Shown here: piece after piece, positions 18,524 through 28,400 of the stretch
How the letters are laid out: every line of letters starts with the position of its first letter
Position numbering within the stretch: the stretch's first letter is position 1
NCBI GenBank assembly: GCA_944325315.1
Contig: CALVAA010000008.1
Span: 22,874 to 86,873 of the forward strand
Direction of reading: 5' to 3'
Length of the DNA: 64,000 nt
From: Candidatus Gastranaerophilales bacterium
GTDB lineage: Bacteria > Cyanobacteriota > Vampirovibrionia > Gastranaerophilales > Gastranaerophilaceae
Position numbers and translations under genes: made by a program
The notes under the pieces: model-generated
Databases searched by the model: none
Seen by the model: the letters and a program-made list of their open reading frames with translations, nothing else
What the model was told of the DNA's origin: nothing

Positions 18524-19888
18524 CTATTTCTTTATTGAACGATACACTTCGTCCAAATCAGAAGGGGTTGTTAAAATTAGCATTTTTTCGTTTTTCTCCA
18601 ATTCCCAAAAACAGCACTGGATTGCACTTTTAATTGAAGAATCCATTGAAATTAAACAAGGGTTAACATTAGCATATTTTAGCCTCAAGGCAAGGTCGTC
18701 AAATCTGTTTGAAGAAACATAAATTTTATTTTCAAACCCCTCAAATGCCTTAAAGTTTGAATCCCATATCCAGCTTGTATCTACTCCGTCTTTTGAAGCA
18801 TCCGAAAGACAAAAAACAACTTTTACATTTTTTTCACCCCAAAGTTCTCTTATTGCCTCAGACAGTGAAGTCGGGTTTACAATTGTTTTAATTTTAATAT
18901 TCCTCCCGTTGTTTTGGATAATTTCATCCCTCCCTTTTACGGGAATATAATTTTCAAAAGCTTTAGATATTATCTTTCTTTCAATTTTTAAGCTCAATGC
19001 AAGCGCTATCGCTCCAAGTGCATTGTATGCATTATAAACACCCCCGAGAGGAACTTTAAAAGCGTATTTGTTTTCATTATAGTAAACATTTAAAAAACTA
19101 TAGTCCGGATAAATTTTTGCATCAGCGCTAATTTGAAGTTGCGGCCTTTTGAAACCGCATTCACACTCATAATATCCTATATGAGAATAAAATCTTTTCT
19201 TATAATCAAGTATACAGGCGCATTTAGGACACCTTAAAAAGTCATTCTTCTGCTCCAGAATATCGTTTGTGTTAAAAAATTCAATATTGTTAAATCCATA
19301 GAAAATTTTATTTCTTTTTTTGTTTAAAAGAACATCGTTTTTAATATCGTCGATTTCAAAAAAACAAGGTTCATCAGCATTTATTACAAGGTTTAGTTTT
19401 GAATTTAAAATAAGTGCTTCCTGAATTTTTTGTCTTTTTTCTCCAAGCGTCGCATAATCTTTTTGGTCAATAAAAAGATTATGCAAAACCAGATAGTCAA
19501 ATCTGGAATTATTAAAGCAGTTTGCAAGTTCAAACTCGTCAAAAATCATTGTGTAGTAGTCTTTGAATTCATTTGAAAAAGAATTTTCTTCAGACAAATT
19601 GAGTACAATTGAGCTCAAAAAAGAATACTTTTTATTTTTGATTAAATTTGTTATAAAAGTTTTATTGTCTTGCTTTAAAATTTGATTAAAAATATTCAAA
19701 AGAGTTTTCTTGCCATTGGTGGAACAAATTGCAACTTTTCCTGAGTTGCAATAGCTTTGAAGCTTAAAAACCAATTGCGGACTGTAGTTATCTATAAAAG
19801 AATCAAGAGGGAAATGGCTTTTCAGTCCTGTTTTTTCCAAAATTTTATATAGCCTTCCTAATAGCTTTATTTTTGTTTTAAAATCCAT
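18524..19888 (-). CDS. murT: Mur-ligase-family protein, MurT-like (lipid II isoglutaminyl synthase subunit)
   Basis: Contains a degenerate P-loop (STNGKKT), the zinc ribbon CPKCACILDY...IGYYECECGFKRP typical of MurT, and a DUF1727-like C-terminus (DGVDTSWIWDSNFE). Confidence 0.7.
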   Translation of the reverse strand: MDFKTKIKLLGRLYKILEKTGLKSHFPLDSFIDNYSPQLVFKLQSYCNSGKVAICSTNGKKTLLNIFNQILKQDNKTFITNLIKNKKYSFLSSIVLNLSEENSFSNEFKDYYTMIFDEFELANCFNNSRFDYLVLHNLFIDQKDYATLGEKRQKIQEALILNSKLNLVINADEPCFFEIDDIKNDVLLNKKRNKIFYGFNNIEFFNTNDILEQKNDFLRCPKCACILDYKKRFYSHIGYYECECGFKRPQLQISADAKIYPDYSFLNVYYNENKYAFKVPLGGVYNAYNALGAIALALSLKIERKIISKAFENYIPVKGRDEIIQNNGRNIKIKTIVNPTSLSEAIRELWGEKNVKVVFCLSDASKDGVDTSWIWDSNFKAFEGFENKIYVSSNRFDDLALRLKYANVNPCLISMDSSIKSAIQCCFWELEKNEKMLILTTPSDLDEVYRSIKK

Positions 19889-19943
19889 TTTATTCCCTAA
19901 ATTGTGTATAGAAATTTTTCCCTATATATATTATAATACACTA

Positions 19944-20345
19944 ATGCTAGATTTTATTTTTATATTTACAATATTTTTGGAAATTGTTTTAACCGTTATT
20001 TGTTCAAAAAAATTAATTGAACTTGAAAAAAAAGTTTCAATAGTTGACAAAAAGTTAAAAACAATTTATACGCTGACATGTGAAATAAACACCAAAATTA
20101 AAGGCACTATAGGAAAAATCAACAAGTTTGTTTCAATAATTACAAATAAAAAGTTAATAAAAATAAGACAAATAATAAAAATCACGATAAATGTTGTCCA
20201 AATTATTATTCTTATAAAATCATTAAATTTTTCAAAAGGATTAAAATCCATAAACTACAAAAATATTAAAAGACTCCTGTTTGCGCAAGGTTTAAGACAA
20301 ATTATTAAAAACATTTTCATAAATTTAAATAAATTGACAACTTAA
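19944..20345 (+). CDS. hypothetical membrane protein
   Basis: The ORF has one N-terminal TM helix (MLDFIFIFTIFLEIVLTVIC) and a second hydrophobic segment. TATAAT (19932-19937) lies 6 nt upstream of ATG 19944. Composition is very AT/Lys/Ile-rich, so coding status is uncertain. Confidence 0.35.
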   Translation: MLDFIFIFTIFLEIVLTVICSKKLIELEKKVSIVDKKLKTIYTLTCEINTKIKGTIGKINKFVSIITNKKLIKIRQIIKITINVVQIIILIKSLNFSKGLKSINYKNIKRLLFAQGLRQIIKNIFINLNKLTT

Positions 20346-20402
20346 AATGTAAAATAATTTTAAATTTTAGCCTTAAAAGAATAATAATGTTAAATTTATG
20401 AT

Positions 20403-20627
20403 ATGAAAGAATTTTTCGATGATGAATTTATAAACAAAAAACTTCTCTGTCGCATGCAAAAAGAAATTAAAAGACAGCAGTTGGAAGTTACCATTGATGA
20501 ATTGAATTACTTAAATGAATTACAAAGTCATATTATATCCAGATGTGATTTTACGCCTTCGCAAAATAGGGAGTTAGACTTTATTAAAAAAGTAAACAAT
20601 GCAAGAAGAAAAAATATACAAGCATAG
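20403..20627 (+). CDS. hypothetical small protein (74 aa)
   Basis: ORF only. It overlaps the next gene by 29 nt. Confidence 0.35.
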   Translation: MKEFFDDEFINKKLLCRMQKEIKRQQLEVTIDELNYLNELQSHIISRCDFTPSQNRELDFIKKVNNARRKNIQA

Positions 20628-21288
20628 ACTAAAATTATCTAAAAATAAAGAATTAAGATTCGTTTCACATCTTGATTGGCAAAATTTAATCTTAAAAGTT
20701 TTCAGAAGAACGGGGATAAGACTCGTTTTATCCCAGGGTTTCAACAAAATGCCAAAGGTATCATACAGCCCTGCTTTACCTATTTTTATTGAATCGGATT
20801 GCGAACTTGTAAACTTTCAAACCTATGATAAATTAGACGAAGATTTTATTGAAAAATTTGAAAAAAATTCTCCAAAAGGAATTAAAGTAATAGAGTTTTT
20901 AAAAATTTTCCCCAATTCAAATGAACCTAAAAGTCTTGAAAACTATGTGCAGTGGGCGCAATATGAAGCAAAATTAATTGATGAAAAAAATCATGTTTAC
21001 AATTTTGATAAAATAAGATATATTATAGAAAAGTGTTTGTCTTCGGATGAATTATTAATCACGAAGAAAACTAAAAAAGGTATAGAAAAAACAATTAACT
21101 ATCGGAATTCCCTAAAATCTTTTGAAGTGGATGAAAAACAAAACATAAGTTTTGTTTTAAAAGCCGGACAGAATGAAAATATTCCTTCTTTAAGAGCGGA
21201 TGAGTTTTTAAAAGTACTTTTTGGCGAAAGTAATATTTTCAAAATCAAAAGAGTAAAATTTTTCGATATTAACTTGAGAGTTATTTAA
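20599..21288 (+). CDS. DUF2344 / radical-SAM-linked protein (TIGR03936-like)
   Basis: LRFVSHLDWQNLILKVFRRTGIRLVLSQGFNKMPKVSYSPALPIFIESDCE matches the family signature. Its position directly upstream of an RNase E/G gene is typical for the family. Confidence 0.7.
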   Translation: MQEEKIYKHRLKLSKNKELRFVSHLDWQNLILKVFRRTGIRLVLSQGFNKMPKVSYSPALPIFIESDCELVNFQTYDKLDEDFIEKFEKNSPKGIKVIEFLKIFPNSNEPKSLENYVQWAQYEAKLIDEKNHVYNFDKIRYIIEKCLSSDELLITKKTKKGIEKTINYRNSLKSFEVDEKQNISFVLKAGQNENIPSLRADEFLKVLFGESNIFKIKRVKFFDINLRVI

Positions 21289-21308
21289 GTTTAAAAGGAT
21301 TTTTTAAG

Positions 21309-23078
21309 ATGACAAAAAAAATTATTATATCCGAAAAAGATAATATTGCAGCTCTTTTAGAGGATAACAAAGTATCAGAGTTTTTCGTTTCCAAAGGAGA
21401 TGTATTGTTGGGAGATGTTTATTTATCAAGGGTGGATAATATTCTTCCTTCAATTGAAGCAGCCTTTGTTGATGTCGGAATGAGTGATAAAATGGGCTTT
21501 ATTCACACTGACGATATCATAGGGCAAGGCTCTTTAAAAGAAAAAGTTAAGCCCAACCAAAAACTGATAGTTCAGGTTGTAAAAGAACCGACAGGCCACA
21601 AAGGCCCGAGAGTTACTACAGCTCTTTCTTTACCGGGAAGATTTCTGGTTTTATTACCTGACGAAAAAGGGGTAAATGTCTCCAAAAAGATTACTTCACA
21701 AAAAGAAAGAGCTCGACTTAAATCCATAGTAAGCTTGCTAAAACCGGTTGGCGTAGGCGTAATTGTAAGGACAGAAGCCGAAGGGCAAACTGACAGCGAA
21801 ATTCAAGAAGATTTAGAAATTTTACTTGAAAAATGGAATTCAATAGTAAATGCGGCCGATAGCGCTAATCCCCCCACTCTTCTTTATAGAGACCAAGACT
21901 TATTATACAGAGTTATAAGAGAAGCATGTGACAGCGAAGTTGAAGAAATCATTGTAGACACCGCTTTTTCATTACACAGAACAACCCAACTTTTACAGCA
22001 CTGGAACATGCAAGTTAAAGTTACAATACACAAAGGAAATGAGCCCCTTTTAGTTGCAAGCGGTGTTAATAAAGAAATCACAAACGCCTTAAATACAAAA
22101 GTCAATCTGCCCTTGGGAGGATATCTGTTTATTCAACAAACTGAAGCCTTAACAGTTGTGGATGTTAATTCGGGTAAATTCACAAGCTCATCTAACCAGG
22201 CAGAAACTATTCTAAAAACAAATATTCAAGCGGCGGATGAAATTGCAAGACAACTAAAGTTAAGAAATATTGGCGGAATGGTAGTAATAGACTTTATCGA
22301 TATGGCTTCCCGCATGGATAAATTAGCACTTTTAGAACATTTTGAGATTGTTTTGGAAAAAGATAAAGCAAAACCGCAAATCGGGCAGCTGTCTGACTTG
22401 GGTCTTGTTGAATTAACACGCCACAGACAAGGACAGAGTTTAGCTGAAATATTTACAAAAAAATGCGACAAATGTCAAGGACAAGGTTTTATTGTTGATG
22501 AATTAAAATTTTCAACTCCGACTGCAGTCGGTGAAAACAGGGCCAAAATGAACAAGATTAAAGGACCATTTGCATCAAACTTTAGTTCAAGCTCAAATAA
22601 TGAAAGTGCATTTAATTCCAAAAATCATAAATTTGATAAAAACCAAAGACGAGATAAAAACCAAAAGAGAGACAATCAAAACAATACCCAAATGCAAGCT
22701 CAAAACGGTCAAACCGAACTTACAAAAGCAAAAGTCAATGAAATTATCGATGATTTAATAAAAGACGTTGTAATCGATAATACAATTGAAACTATCAATG
22801 AGCCGACAGAAGAAAAAACGGAATTAATTGAACTTAAAGAAAATATGCAGTCAAAAGAAATTAAAGACGAAATAAAAACGGAAGAAAACAAAGAAGAATT
22901 GACCGGTTCAAAAGCAGAAAATGCAGAAGAAAATCCGAAAGAAGAACCGAAAAAACTGTCAAGAAAAGCAAAAAAGACAAAGAAAAAAGAAACCGCTTCA
23001 CTGGAAAATGAAGAAAATACGGAAGAAAAGCCCAAAAGAAAAACAAGGAGAACGAAAAGTGCCAAAACAACTGCATAA
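21309..23078 (+). CDS. rne: ribonuclease E/G family endoribonuclease with Lys/Glu-rich C-terminal tail
   Basis: An S1-like N-terminus (GDVYLSRVDNILPSIEAAFVDVG) is present, together with TVVDVNSGKF, GGMVVIDFIDM, and a CxxC (CDKCQGQG) Zn-link-like motif. The C-terminal 180 aa or so are low complexity. Confidence 0.88.
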   Translation: MTKKIIISEKDNIAALLEDNKVSEFFVSKGDVLLGDVYLSRVDNILPSIEAAFVDVGMSDKMGFIHTDDIIGQGSLKEKVKPNQKLIVQVVKEPTGHKGPRVTTALSLPGRFLVLLPDEKGVNVSKKITSQKERARLKSIVSLLKPVGVGVIVRTEAEGQTDSEIQEDLEILLEKWNSIVNAADSANPPTLLYRDQDLLYRVIREACDSEVEEIIVDTAFSLHRTTQLLQHWNMQVKVTIHKGNEPLLVASGVNKEITNALNTKVNLPLGGYLFIQQTEALTVVDVNSGKFTSSSNQAETILKTNIQAADEIARQLKLRNIGGMVVIDFIDMASRMDKLALLEHFEIVLEKDKAKPQIGQLSDLGLVELTRHRQGQSLAEIFTKKCDKCQGQGFIVDELKFSTPTAVGENRAKMNKIKGPFASNFSSSSNNESAFNSKNHKFDKNQRRDKNQKRDNQNNTQMQAQNGQTELTKAKVNEIIDDLIKDVVIDNTIETINEPTEEKTELIELKENMQSKEIKDEIKTEENKEELTGSKAENAEENPKEEPKKLSRKAKKTKKKETASLENEENTEEKPKRKTRRTKSAKTTA

Positions 23079-23490
23079 AATTCTTGTTTTATTAAGCATT
23101 CTGTGCATAATGTCACTACCATGCTTTTACATTGACGCAAAAGCGGAAAATATAATTAATTCTCAAAATAATAATCAAATGGAATTAATTCAAAACAATG
23201 TTCAAATAAACGATTTAGACATTGAGCCCATAAATGTCAATGAGGTCAAAAAAACTGTAGTACCCGATACTAAAGAAGAAGGCAAAAAAGTCATTAATCT
23301 GTTTTTAAGGGCCATGGCAGGCGTTGTTATATGTGCCGTTATACTTTATTTTGTTTTGTTATTTGTCAAAAAATATTATGGAAGCGCTTTTGTAAACACC
23401 GACTACGATGAAGATTTTGAGTCATTAGATTTGGCAACGCCAAATAACAAACAAGATGCGCTAAAATCCTTTTTAAACAGAACAAGATAG
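23059..23490 (+). CDS. hypothetical membrane protein (signal peptide plus one TM helix)
   Basis: The start is a GTG at 23059, 7 nt after AGGAGA. The protein begins VPKQLHKILVLLSILCIMSLPCFYIDAKA and has a later TM helix, GVVICAVILYFVLLFV. It overlaps the rne stop by 20 nt. The ORF-track start at 22921 lies inside the rne tail and was rejected. Confidence 0.5.
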   Translation: MPKQLHKILVLLSILCIMSLPCFYIDAKAENIINSQNNNQMELIQNNVQINDLDIEPINVNEVKKTVVPDTKEEGKKVINLFLRAMAGVVICAVILYFVLLFVKKYYGSAFVNTDYDEDFESLDLATPNNKQDALKSFLNRTR

Positions 23491-23491
23491 T

Positions 23492-23779
23492 TTAAGCTAC
23501 TATATCATCCAAACAGATATTTTCTTTTTGAGCTGATGAACCTAAAATCTCTTTTTCATCAGGCAGTCCTTGGGTTTTTAGCAAAATATTAACTATTTTT
23601 TTCATCTGGCATTTAAAAGAATACCCTGCCTTTGTAATAGGGCAGATGTCGCAATTTGAGTTTATTTTATAACAATCCAAAGCTTGCCTTGTCCAATTTT
23701 GCACAATTGAATCAGACACAATACCATTTGTTTGGCACACAAAGTATTCTTTATCTATAGCACTTCCGTAATTATCCAA
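23492..23779 (-). CDS. hypothetical Cys-rich small protein (95 aa)
   Basis: ORF with 6 Cys residues, including CDIC. I recognise no domain. Confidence 0.4.
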   Translation of the reverse strand: MDNYGSAIDKEYFVCQTNGIVSDSIVQNWTRQALDCYKINSNCDICPITKAGYSFKCQMKKIVNILLKTQGLPDEKEILGSSAQKENICLDDIVA

Positions 23780-23926
23780 AATTTCCCCTTAAATCGCAGT
23801 AAATCAAATATATAATTCTATTATGCAACTTTTTTGACTTTTTTTCAAATTAATCCTTTAAAAGTAGTACAAAAAAGTATACTTTTTGGGAATATTTTTT
23901 TAAATAAAATCAAATAGACTTTTAAT

Positions 23927-25396
23927 ATGTATAACTTTTTTAAAAATATTTCGGAAAAAAATTCATGTCAATTAAACGGTGCATGTTCCATACACCCAAG
24001 TGTTAATGCACTTTATCAGGTATTGGCAAACCAAATAAGAGAAATTTCGTTTTATCTTGTTAAATTGAAAGAGTTTAATATTACGGACGAAAACGCAATA
24101 GATTTGTCATTAAAAGGACTATCAATATTTCTTATTAATACAAGCTATAACCAAAAAAAATACTTAGATTTTATATACGATATTTATAGTGCAAAGTGCG
24201 AAATTAAAGAACGCTACAAAAAACACTGCAAAGAAAATGAATTCCCCTGCGAAATTATAGATTCAAATTTTCAATTAAACAAAAATACTACAATATCAGA
24301 ATTAATAAAATATGCACAGAACAATATTGCGATAAAAGAAAAACACGTTGACAAAACAAAGCAAAGACTTTATGAACTAATAACAATTTTCGCCCGTTTG
24401 TGTGCGATTGAAGTTATAAAAATCAAAAAGTTGGATAAAGAATTCAAAGAATACGATTTTGAAATCTTAAGGTTTTTTGCGTTAACTAACAGCTATTCAA
24501 TAAGGAACGAAAAAATTATAAGAAGAATAAAAGAATTTTCGTCTTACGCTCTTATGATTATGAATAAGCTGAATACAATCTATGAAACAAGATACGGCAA
24601 AAAGGAATCCGCAACTCCGGCTACAAATGCATTTATGGGACACTGCATTTTAGTTTCCGGAGACGATATAGACGAACTTGAAAAACTTCTTAAAGCAATT
24701 GAAAAAACAGAGACCAAAGAAGAAATAAATGTTTATACAAACGGCGCATTATTTTTAGCGCATTTTTACCCTTATTTTAAAAATAATAAATACTTAAAAG
24801 GGCACTGGGGAGGAGATAATGCCGAATACGATTTTTCGATTTTCCCGGGAAGCATCCTTATCACCCAAAACTTTATTCAAAAAATTGATACTTTATACAG
24901 AGGTGAAATATTTTCAAATAAATTAATTTCTTTTTCAAAGGTTTTTGATATTACAAATGATAACTATATGCCCTTAATAGAATGCAGCCTCGGCCTTGAC
25001 GGCTTTTTAAAAACAACAGAAAAAACATCTATAAAAGTAAGCTACGACAGGGAAAAAATTCTAAAATTTTTAGAAAACTTTGAGGAGCAGGAAATTATTA
25101 TAATATCCAGCTTTTTAAATGGTGTTGATGTTATAAAAGACCATGAAAACAAAAAAATATTATATTTGAACTGCCCTTTAGAAAATGACGTTTTGGAAGA
25201 ATCGATTAAAATCTTGCAGAAAAAAAATGTCAAAATTACAATATTCTTTGCTCAGTGCAATCTTTCGAGTTTAAATATGCTAATGGCACTATTAGATAAA
25301 AATATTGAGCTTAATATTGCAAACTGTCCGCACTCACTTATAAACCCGCATGTCATTGAATCTTTAAACAAAGACTTTAATGTGAATATAATTTAA
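23927..25396 (+). CDS. hybrid-cluster protein (Hcp/prismane) homolog lacking most cluster ligands
   Basis: GHCILVSGDDIDELEKLL...INVYTNGALFLAHFYPYFK...GHWGG...FPGSILITQNFI aligns by eye with the E. coli Hcp segment GKCILISGHDLKDL...[20 protein letters not shown]...GNYGS...FPGPIVMTSNCI. Confidence 0.65.
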   Translation: MYNFFKNISEKNSCQLNGACSIHPSVNALYQVLANQIREISFYLVKLKEFNITDENAIDLSLKGLSIFLINTSYNQKKYLDFIYDIYSAKCEIKERYKKHCKENEFPCEIIDSNFQLNKNTTISELIKYAQNNIAIKEKHVDKTKQRLYELITIFARLCAIEVIKIKKLDKEFKEYDFEILRFFALTNSYSIRNEKIIRRIKEFSSYALMIMNKLNTIYETRYGKKESATPATNAFMGHCILVSGDDIDELEKLLKAIEKTETKEEINVYTNGALFLAHFYPYFKNNKYLKGHWGGDNAEYDFSIFPGSILITQNFIQKIDTLYRGEIFSNKLISFSKVFDITNDNYMPLIECSLGLDGFLKTTEKTSIKVSYDREKILKFLENFEEQEIIIISSFLNGVDVIKDHENKKILYLNCPLENDVLEESIKILQKKNVKITIFFAQCNLSSLNMLMALLDKNIELNIANCPHSLINPHVIESLNKDFNVNII

Positions 25397-25400
25397 TTAT

Positions 25401-25425
25401 AAGACCTCTCAACTTGAGAGGTCTT
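25401..25425. terminator. bidirectional hairpin terminator
   Basis: AAGACCTCTCAACTTGAGAGGTCTT forms a 10-bp stem between convergent genes, with AT-rich flanks. Confidence 0.7.
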
Positions 25426-25434
25426 AAATTATTT

Positions 25435-28400
25435 TTAATGAGCACCGTTATATATTGCCCTAAATGCAATATCTTGACCTCTTTTATTTGCAACGTAAAA
25501 ATGATTAACAGTATCGTTTAAAACAATATTTGACCCGTTTTTGTTTACAATTCTTTTATTTTTAATCGTATATTCAGCTCCGTCATCAACAAAAGAACCG
25601 TTTTTATAAACTTTTTTCTTTAAAACAGTGCCTTCAGCAAGAGGGCAAGATCCATCCGAATCTGTAAGTTTAATTGAATCGACTGAAACATTTTTTGTTT
25701 GGAATTTTGTTTTGTATGACGGGGTTTTATACTCAAGACCGTTATTTGTGATAACGGAAACTACCTGAGAGCCTTTTTCGTCATAATTATACAATGGCCA
25801 ATAATGCAACAGTTCTTTGTTTTCACTTTCAAATTGATAATATTTTTTGAAAAGACCATCTTTATAAAATTCTATAAAATTTTTCTTATTGCCATTATTT
25901 TCATCTATACCGAATCTGTCTTTTATTGCACCGTCTTTTCCGTCATAAGTTTCGAAAAATTCTTCAAGAGCTTTATAACCCCCGTGTTTTTCTATATTTT
26001 CAATAAAATAATTCATTGCACCATCATTACTTGTTTTTAAAGTCTTTATGCCCTGAACTTCCAAAGGCAATGTAAAGCCACCCCTTAAAGCGCTCATGCC
26101 GGGTTGCTGATATAAACTTGACACAGCAAACATTTTGTCATAAAACGGCTTATACAAAGGATTATCTTTTAGTTCATGCACGATTTGTTCACGGTTTTTT
26201 ACCGTAATATTTTTGCATTTTTCTTCATAACCTGTTTGAGCATATTCCGTACCGTTAAATAAAGTAGGAGTGCCGGGAATTGCATTCATCATCTGCCAAA
26301 GGGAATCAACCCCGTGCATTGAATTTTTCAACAGTTTATAGTTAAATTCAAGCGCAGCATCATCAAGCTTGCTTTCAGAGACAATACCCGCTCTTTTAAA
26401 CATGTCTTTTGCGCTTATTCTATAATCAAGATTTCCAAAAGCCTCAGACCTTGAACGATCAGGCTTGGAATCCGATGTTTTTTGACCTTTTGCAAGTTCA
26501 AGAAGTGCAGCTTTAAGTTTTTCTTTGTCTTTGCCTTCATACTCTTGCTCGATTAAATCATTCATAATAAGCGCAACAGCAATAGCTCTTGATGATATTT
26601 TGTTGTAATCTACATTTCCAAATAAAGCATTTATTCTTTCTTGCTGTTCTTTTTCTAAACCGTTAAAACCTTCTTTTGTGGTATCATTTAGAAAAATTCT
26701 CATATCTAACGGCATAGAATGCATTATACGAGGTTTATCGTGATTATCAACAAACATATGACTCAAAAGAGCGTTATTCGGTTGCACAGAAGATATAAAC
26801 CCAACCACATTGTCTTTTAAAGCTTTCAGATTACCGCTGTTTATAGGTACTCCGTCAAAATTTTCAGGATTTGTTCCAACGAAATTTGAAAGTTTATTAA
26901 AATATTTACTATAATTTGAATTAGCGGTCGCACGTGTTTGTATTATGAAATCTCTTTCTTTTAAGTCAGGATTATATCCGTTATCATCGAAAGTAAACTT
27001 ATCCGTATTATAGAAATCCCATAAATCCGTAAGTTCAGAGATAATATAAGCGGAAGGATTATATTGCCTTACTTTATTACAATAATCTTCCCAGAAACCA
27101 CAAACGGAATAGTCGCCTTTCCAGAACAAATCCTTAAAGTTTGTATTTTGGGCTCTGGCAGAATCAAGATCACCTATATCTTTTGCCGCATCGAATCTCC
27201 AATTTAATCCTGCCTTGCTTTGCAGAACAATTGATTCTGCCAATTTAAAGTCTTCAAGACTAATTTTGGCAAGTTCCTTTTTTAACTGTGCTTCAATTTC
27301 CTGTACACCTGCCCTGTTTAGATTTCTATGCAGTCTTTTAATCACCTGTTTTCTTTCGCTTTCTGGGGTTAGTGCAGGGAAATAATCCAAATTTTTAATA
27401 TTAACTCTTTTTAAATTTTCATAATTCAAAGAACCGTCTTTGTTTATGAGGTTGTCACCCATAGCACTTACATAAATATTTTTTAATATTCTGTTTGCGC
27501 AGGTTTTAACAACGTATGTTTTATATTCATTATTGTGCTTGTATTGCTTAGGAATAACATTTTCTATAACATCGTTTAAAATTAATGCTATTTCTTTTTC
27601 GGTTTCTTCTGTTAAAAATTCTTTTTTAAATTCACTCTGGGCAAAAACAGCGCTTAAATCGTCCCCTGTTTCAATAGACTGCAAAGGAAATTCCTCAATA
27701 TAGTCATTTATTGTTTTATTTTGCTCCAATACGGGATATTGTGATTCATCTATAGAAGATTTAATTTCTTGATAATCTTCCTGTGAAATATCGTTGTTTA
27801 AAGCTGTTTTTTCCTTTTCTTTGTCGCTCATTTGAGCAGTTCTGTATATTAAATCTGATTGGATTGCTTCTGTCCAATAAGTTGCAATCCCGAGCAGATA
27901 TTCTCTTGCTTTTTGAGTGCCTTTTATATCTTCTATGTTTGTTCTGTCAGGATTGGAAAGATTAAATTTAACCATATCACGGTTACCATCCCAATAAGAA
28001 GCGCCTCCGGCATCGTTTCTTTTAACAATTGTAAAATTATCAAAATCTAAAAATTTTTTCTTGCCCATTCTTATTTCATACAAATAAGCCGAGTTTCTGT
28101 CTTTAAACTCTGCCATCCTTTGAGGCATTGTCAAAGGATCAATTTCAAAATAAAAAGGATAGGCCGAATCTTCATTCGAAATTATATCGTAATGGTCTTC
28201 TATGTTTTTATCATAAGCTTCTATAAGTTTTGTTGAATCATTGATTTGTTCTTCGCTTGCAAGACGATCATCAAACAATTGGAAATATGTAGGTTGTGAA
28301 GCGTCATATTTCACTCTGTCGGCCGGATTATTAACTATTCTGACACCGATATGATCTTCAGGCGGATCATCATCGTCTTCTTTTCTTGATTTTGGAATAA

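Noticed and set aside
22921-23058. Upstream extension of the 189-aa ORF (MQKKIRKKNRKNCQEKQKRQRKKK...)
   Set aside because: This part is an alternative-frame reading of the A-rich RNase E tail. A GTG at 23059 with an AGGAGA SD gives a sensible signal peptide, so the short form was annotated.
23927-25396. Annotation as a functional hydroxylamine reductase (hcp)
   Set aside because: The His, Glu and Cys ligands of the hybrid cluster and half of the N-terminal Cys motif appear substituted, so only family membership is claimed.
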